From Planctomycetota bacterium (GTDB lineage: Bacteria > Planctomycetota > UBA8108 > UBA1146): DNA of 48,506 bases. The stretch lies in assembly GCA_050256555.1 (NCBI GenBank), contig JBBWWC010000142.1:1-48506 (forward strand). Reading direction: 5' to 3'. Shown here in pieces: positions 46,540-48,506 of this stretch. Position 1 is the stretch's first letter, and each line of letters begins with the position of its first letter. The translations under genes were made by a program, and so were the position numbers. The notes beneath the pieces were generated by a model, which was not told where the DNA came from, did not search any database, and was given only the letters and a program-made list of their open reading frames with translations.

Positions 46540-48506
46540 ATGGACAAAAATCTCGCCACAAAATACGAACCCGGTCTGATCGAGCCATCGATCAGCGAGA
46601 AGTGGGGTACCAACGATGCCTTCCGGGCCATCCCGGATGAACGCGACGACCGTTACGTCATCATGATGCCGCTACCCAACGTAACCGGAGCACTGCACAT
46701 GGGGCATGCCATGGACAATGTGATGCAAGATTTGCTCACACGTTGGCATCGGATGATGGGCCAAAACTCCCTCTGGATGGCCGGAACCGACCACGCCGGA
46801 ATCGCAACACAGGCAGTCGTCGAAAAACGCTTACTCGAACTGGAAAACAAGACCCGTCATGACCTCGGACGCGAAGGCCTGGTGGAACGCATCTGGCAAT
46901 GGAAAGACCAGTACCAGAAACGAATCGTCACCCAGCAAAAAGCGATGGGGTGTTCCTGTGATTGGGATCGCCAACGTTTCACGATGGATCCTGTTTGCGC
47001 CCGGGCAGTCACGTGGACTTTCTTTCGAATGTTCCGCGATGGGCTGATTGTTCAGGGTGATCGAATGGTTAACTGGGATTGCCATCTTCAGACAGCTGTC
47101 GCCGATGATGAAATCGAACACAAAACTGTCGATGGTCATTTCTGGCATCTCAGATATCCAGTGATCGATCCTCAAGGTGGAGAACCTACCCACGTGGTAG
47201 TGGCGACCACAAGGCCTGAAACGATGCTCGGAGACACTGCCGTTGCAGTTCATCCAGAACCTCGCAAGGTGATGAATGAGCGCCTCGAACAAGCACGGCA
47301 GAAGCTGGCCAATGCAGCCGAAAAACAACACGAAGAATTGTCTGGAGAAGTCACTCGCCTCGAGGAACGAATCGAAAATCTACTGCCCTCTCTTGAGAAA
47401 CTTGCACAGATGGCTACTGACGGCCGGATGCTTCGGTTACCCATCGTCGATCGCGAGATTCCAATCATCTGTGATGAGTGGGCCAAACCTGAACTGGGCT
47501 CTGGTTGCGTCAAGATCACACCCGCTCATGACCCGAACGATTACGATGTCTGGCAAAGGCATCGTGATCAGATCGAAGCCATCAACATTCTCCAGCCCGA
47601 TGGAACTCTCAATGAGGCCGCTGGGCCCTGTGCCGGCCAGGACCGATTTGTCGCCCGTAAATCGGTCATCAAGCAATTCGATTCGCTCGGACTGCTCGAC
47701 CAGATCGAAGATCGTAAAGTCGAAGTCGGTCACTCAGACCGATCCAAAACACCGATAGAACCTTACCTGTCACTGCAGTGGTTTGTACGTATGGGCGATG
47801 TCGAAGGTGGAGTCACCTGCGGCAAAGGCCTTGATCATCAGTTTCAGGCTACGGGCCTGGCGCAGGCCGCCATCGATGCAGTCACCGGGTGGAAATCTGC
47901 CACCGAACGTAGTGTCGCCTTCCACCCCGATCCTGACCGATACCGAAACACATATGTCAGTTGGCTCGAAGAAAAAAGAGATTGGTGTATCTCCCGACAG
48001 CTGTGGTGGGGGCACAGAATCCCGATCTGGGCAGGTGATCTCGAAGAAACTCAGCTGAAAGAACTGCTCGAGAAAATCAAAGCTGCTACAAGCGACGATG
48101 TCTCGGCCAGGGTTCTCACCGCTGACGGTCAAAGCATCCTCATCGAGGACGGGACCTCTCTTCCCGCCGGGGGCGGTCGACTACTGATTTGTCTCCGCGA
48201 ACCTGATCAACAGGATACAGCTCGAACCATCATCGAAGACGCTGGGCTGCAGCGAGATCCAGATGTACTCGACACCTGGTTCTCCAGCGCACTCTGGCCG
48301 CATTCCACACTGGGCTGGCCCGATCCAGCCACAGCTCAAATCGATGCCGGGCAAAGACCCCTGGAAGCCTCCGACCAAATGGCCAGCTGCCTTGACTATT
48401 ACTATCCAGGATCATGTCTTGTTACTGGCCGCGACATCATCACTTTGTGGGTAGCGCGCATGGTCATCATGGGCCTCTACAATCTCGGCGACCTCCCCTT
48501 CACTGA
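46540..48506 (+). CDS. valS: Valine--tRNA ligase, 3' end beyond the window
   Basis: Manual translation from ATG 46540: MDKNLATKYEPGLIEPSISEKW..., PPNVTGALHMGHA (HIGH motif), TDHAGIATQ, TTRPETMLGDTAVAVHP, ITPAHDPNDYDV, DWCISRQLWWGHRIP, DTWFSSALWP. Open to position 48506, so it is missing from the ORF track. Confidence 0.9.
   Translation, partial: MDKNLATKYEPGLIEPSISEKWGTNDAFRAIPDERDDRYVIMMPLPNVTGALHMGHAMDNVMQDLLTRWHRMMGQNSLWMAGTDHAGIATQAVVEKRLLELENKTRHDLGREGLVERIWQWKDQYQKRIVTQQKAMGCSCDWDRQRFTMDPVCARAVTWTFFRMFRDGLIVQGDRMVNWDCHLQTAVADDEIEHKTVDGHFWHLRYPVIDPQGGEPTHVVVATTRPETMLGDTAVAVHPEPRKVMNERLEQARQKLANAAEKQHEELSGEVTRLEERIENLLPSLEKLAQMATDGRMLRLPIVDREIPIICDEWAKPELGSGCVKITPAHDPNDYDVWQRHRDQIEAINILQPDGTLNEAAGPCAGQDRFVARKSVIKQFDSLGLLDQIEDRKVEVGHSDRSKTPIEPYLSLQWFVRMGDVEGGVTCGKGLDHQFQATGLAQAAIDAVTGWKSATERSVAFHPDPDRYRNTYVSWLEEKRDWCISRQLWWGHRIPIWAGDLEETQLKELLEKIKAATSDDVSARVLTADGQSILIEDGTSLPAGGGRLLICLREPDQQDTARTIIEDAGLQRDPDVLDTWFSSALWPHSTLGWPDPATAQIDAGQRPLEASDQMASCLDYYYPGSCLVTGRDIITLWVARMVIMGLYNLGDLPFT

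Overview
This is a 48.5-kb chromosomal segment, mid-50s % GC in the lines I hand-counted. The gene content looks like Planctomycetota, which is an inference from these features: tandem Cys-type sulfatases, a DUF1080 domain, a Ser/Thr kinase fused to an FGE-fold domain, Gfo/Idh/MocA plus xylose-isomerase-like TIM barrel pairs, and a dockerin-like surface protein.

I support 37 protein-coding genes. Two run off the window edges and are missing from the ORF track: a modular surface protein at complement(<1..2401) and valS at 46540..>48506. I recognised no rRNA, tRNA, CRISPR array, transposase or integrase.

Clear units:
- POT peptide transporter plus HEXXH protein
- lutABC
- sugar isomerase / oxidoreductase / class-I xylA, with xylB 6.5 kb away
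- ampG-like permease plus a beta-lactamase-fold hydrolase
- DMGDH-like flavoprotein followed by phnW
- deoC plus a double aldehyde dehydrogenase (ALDH)
- ATP-grasp plus DAO-type flavoprotein
- two sulfatases
- FkbM-like / PLP / ATP-grasp string

Many track ORFs are over-extended at the N-terminus. I re-set their starts using Shine-Dalgarno (SD) motifs and homolog N-termini.

No canonical defence or mobile system is visible. The candidates most worth follow-up:
1. An orphan 60-codon ORF with a double-glycine-type leader (22399-22581), sitting in an unusually long structured intergenic region.
2. The DMGDH-like plus phnW pair, which has no C-P bond-cleaving partner nearby.
3. A translationally coupled maleate-isomerase-like plus divergent YrdC-fold pair.
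4. The FkbM / PLP / ATP-grasp string.
5. A 5 x 13-bp tandem repeat that places stop codons in all three frames (23207-23271).

All family calls come from motif recognition by eye. No searches were run.
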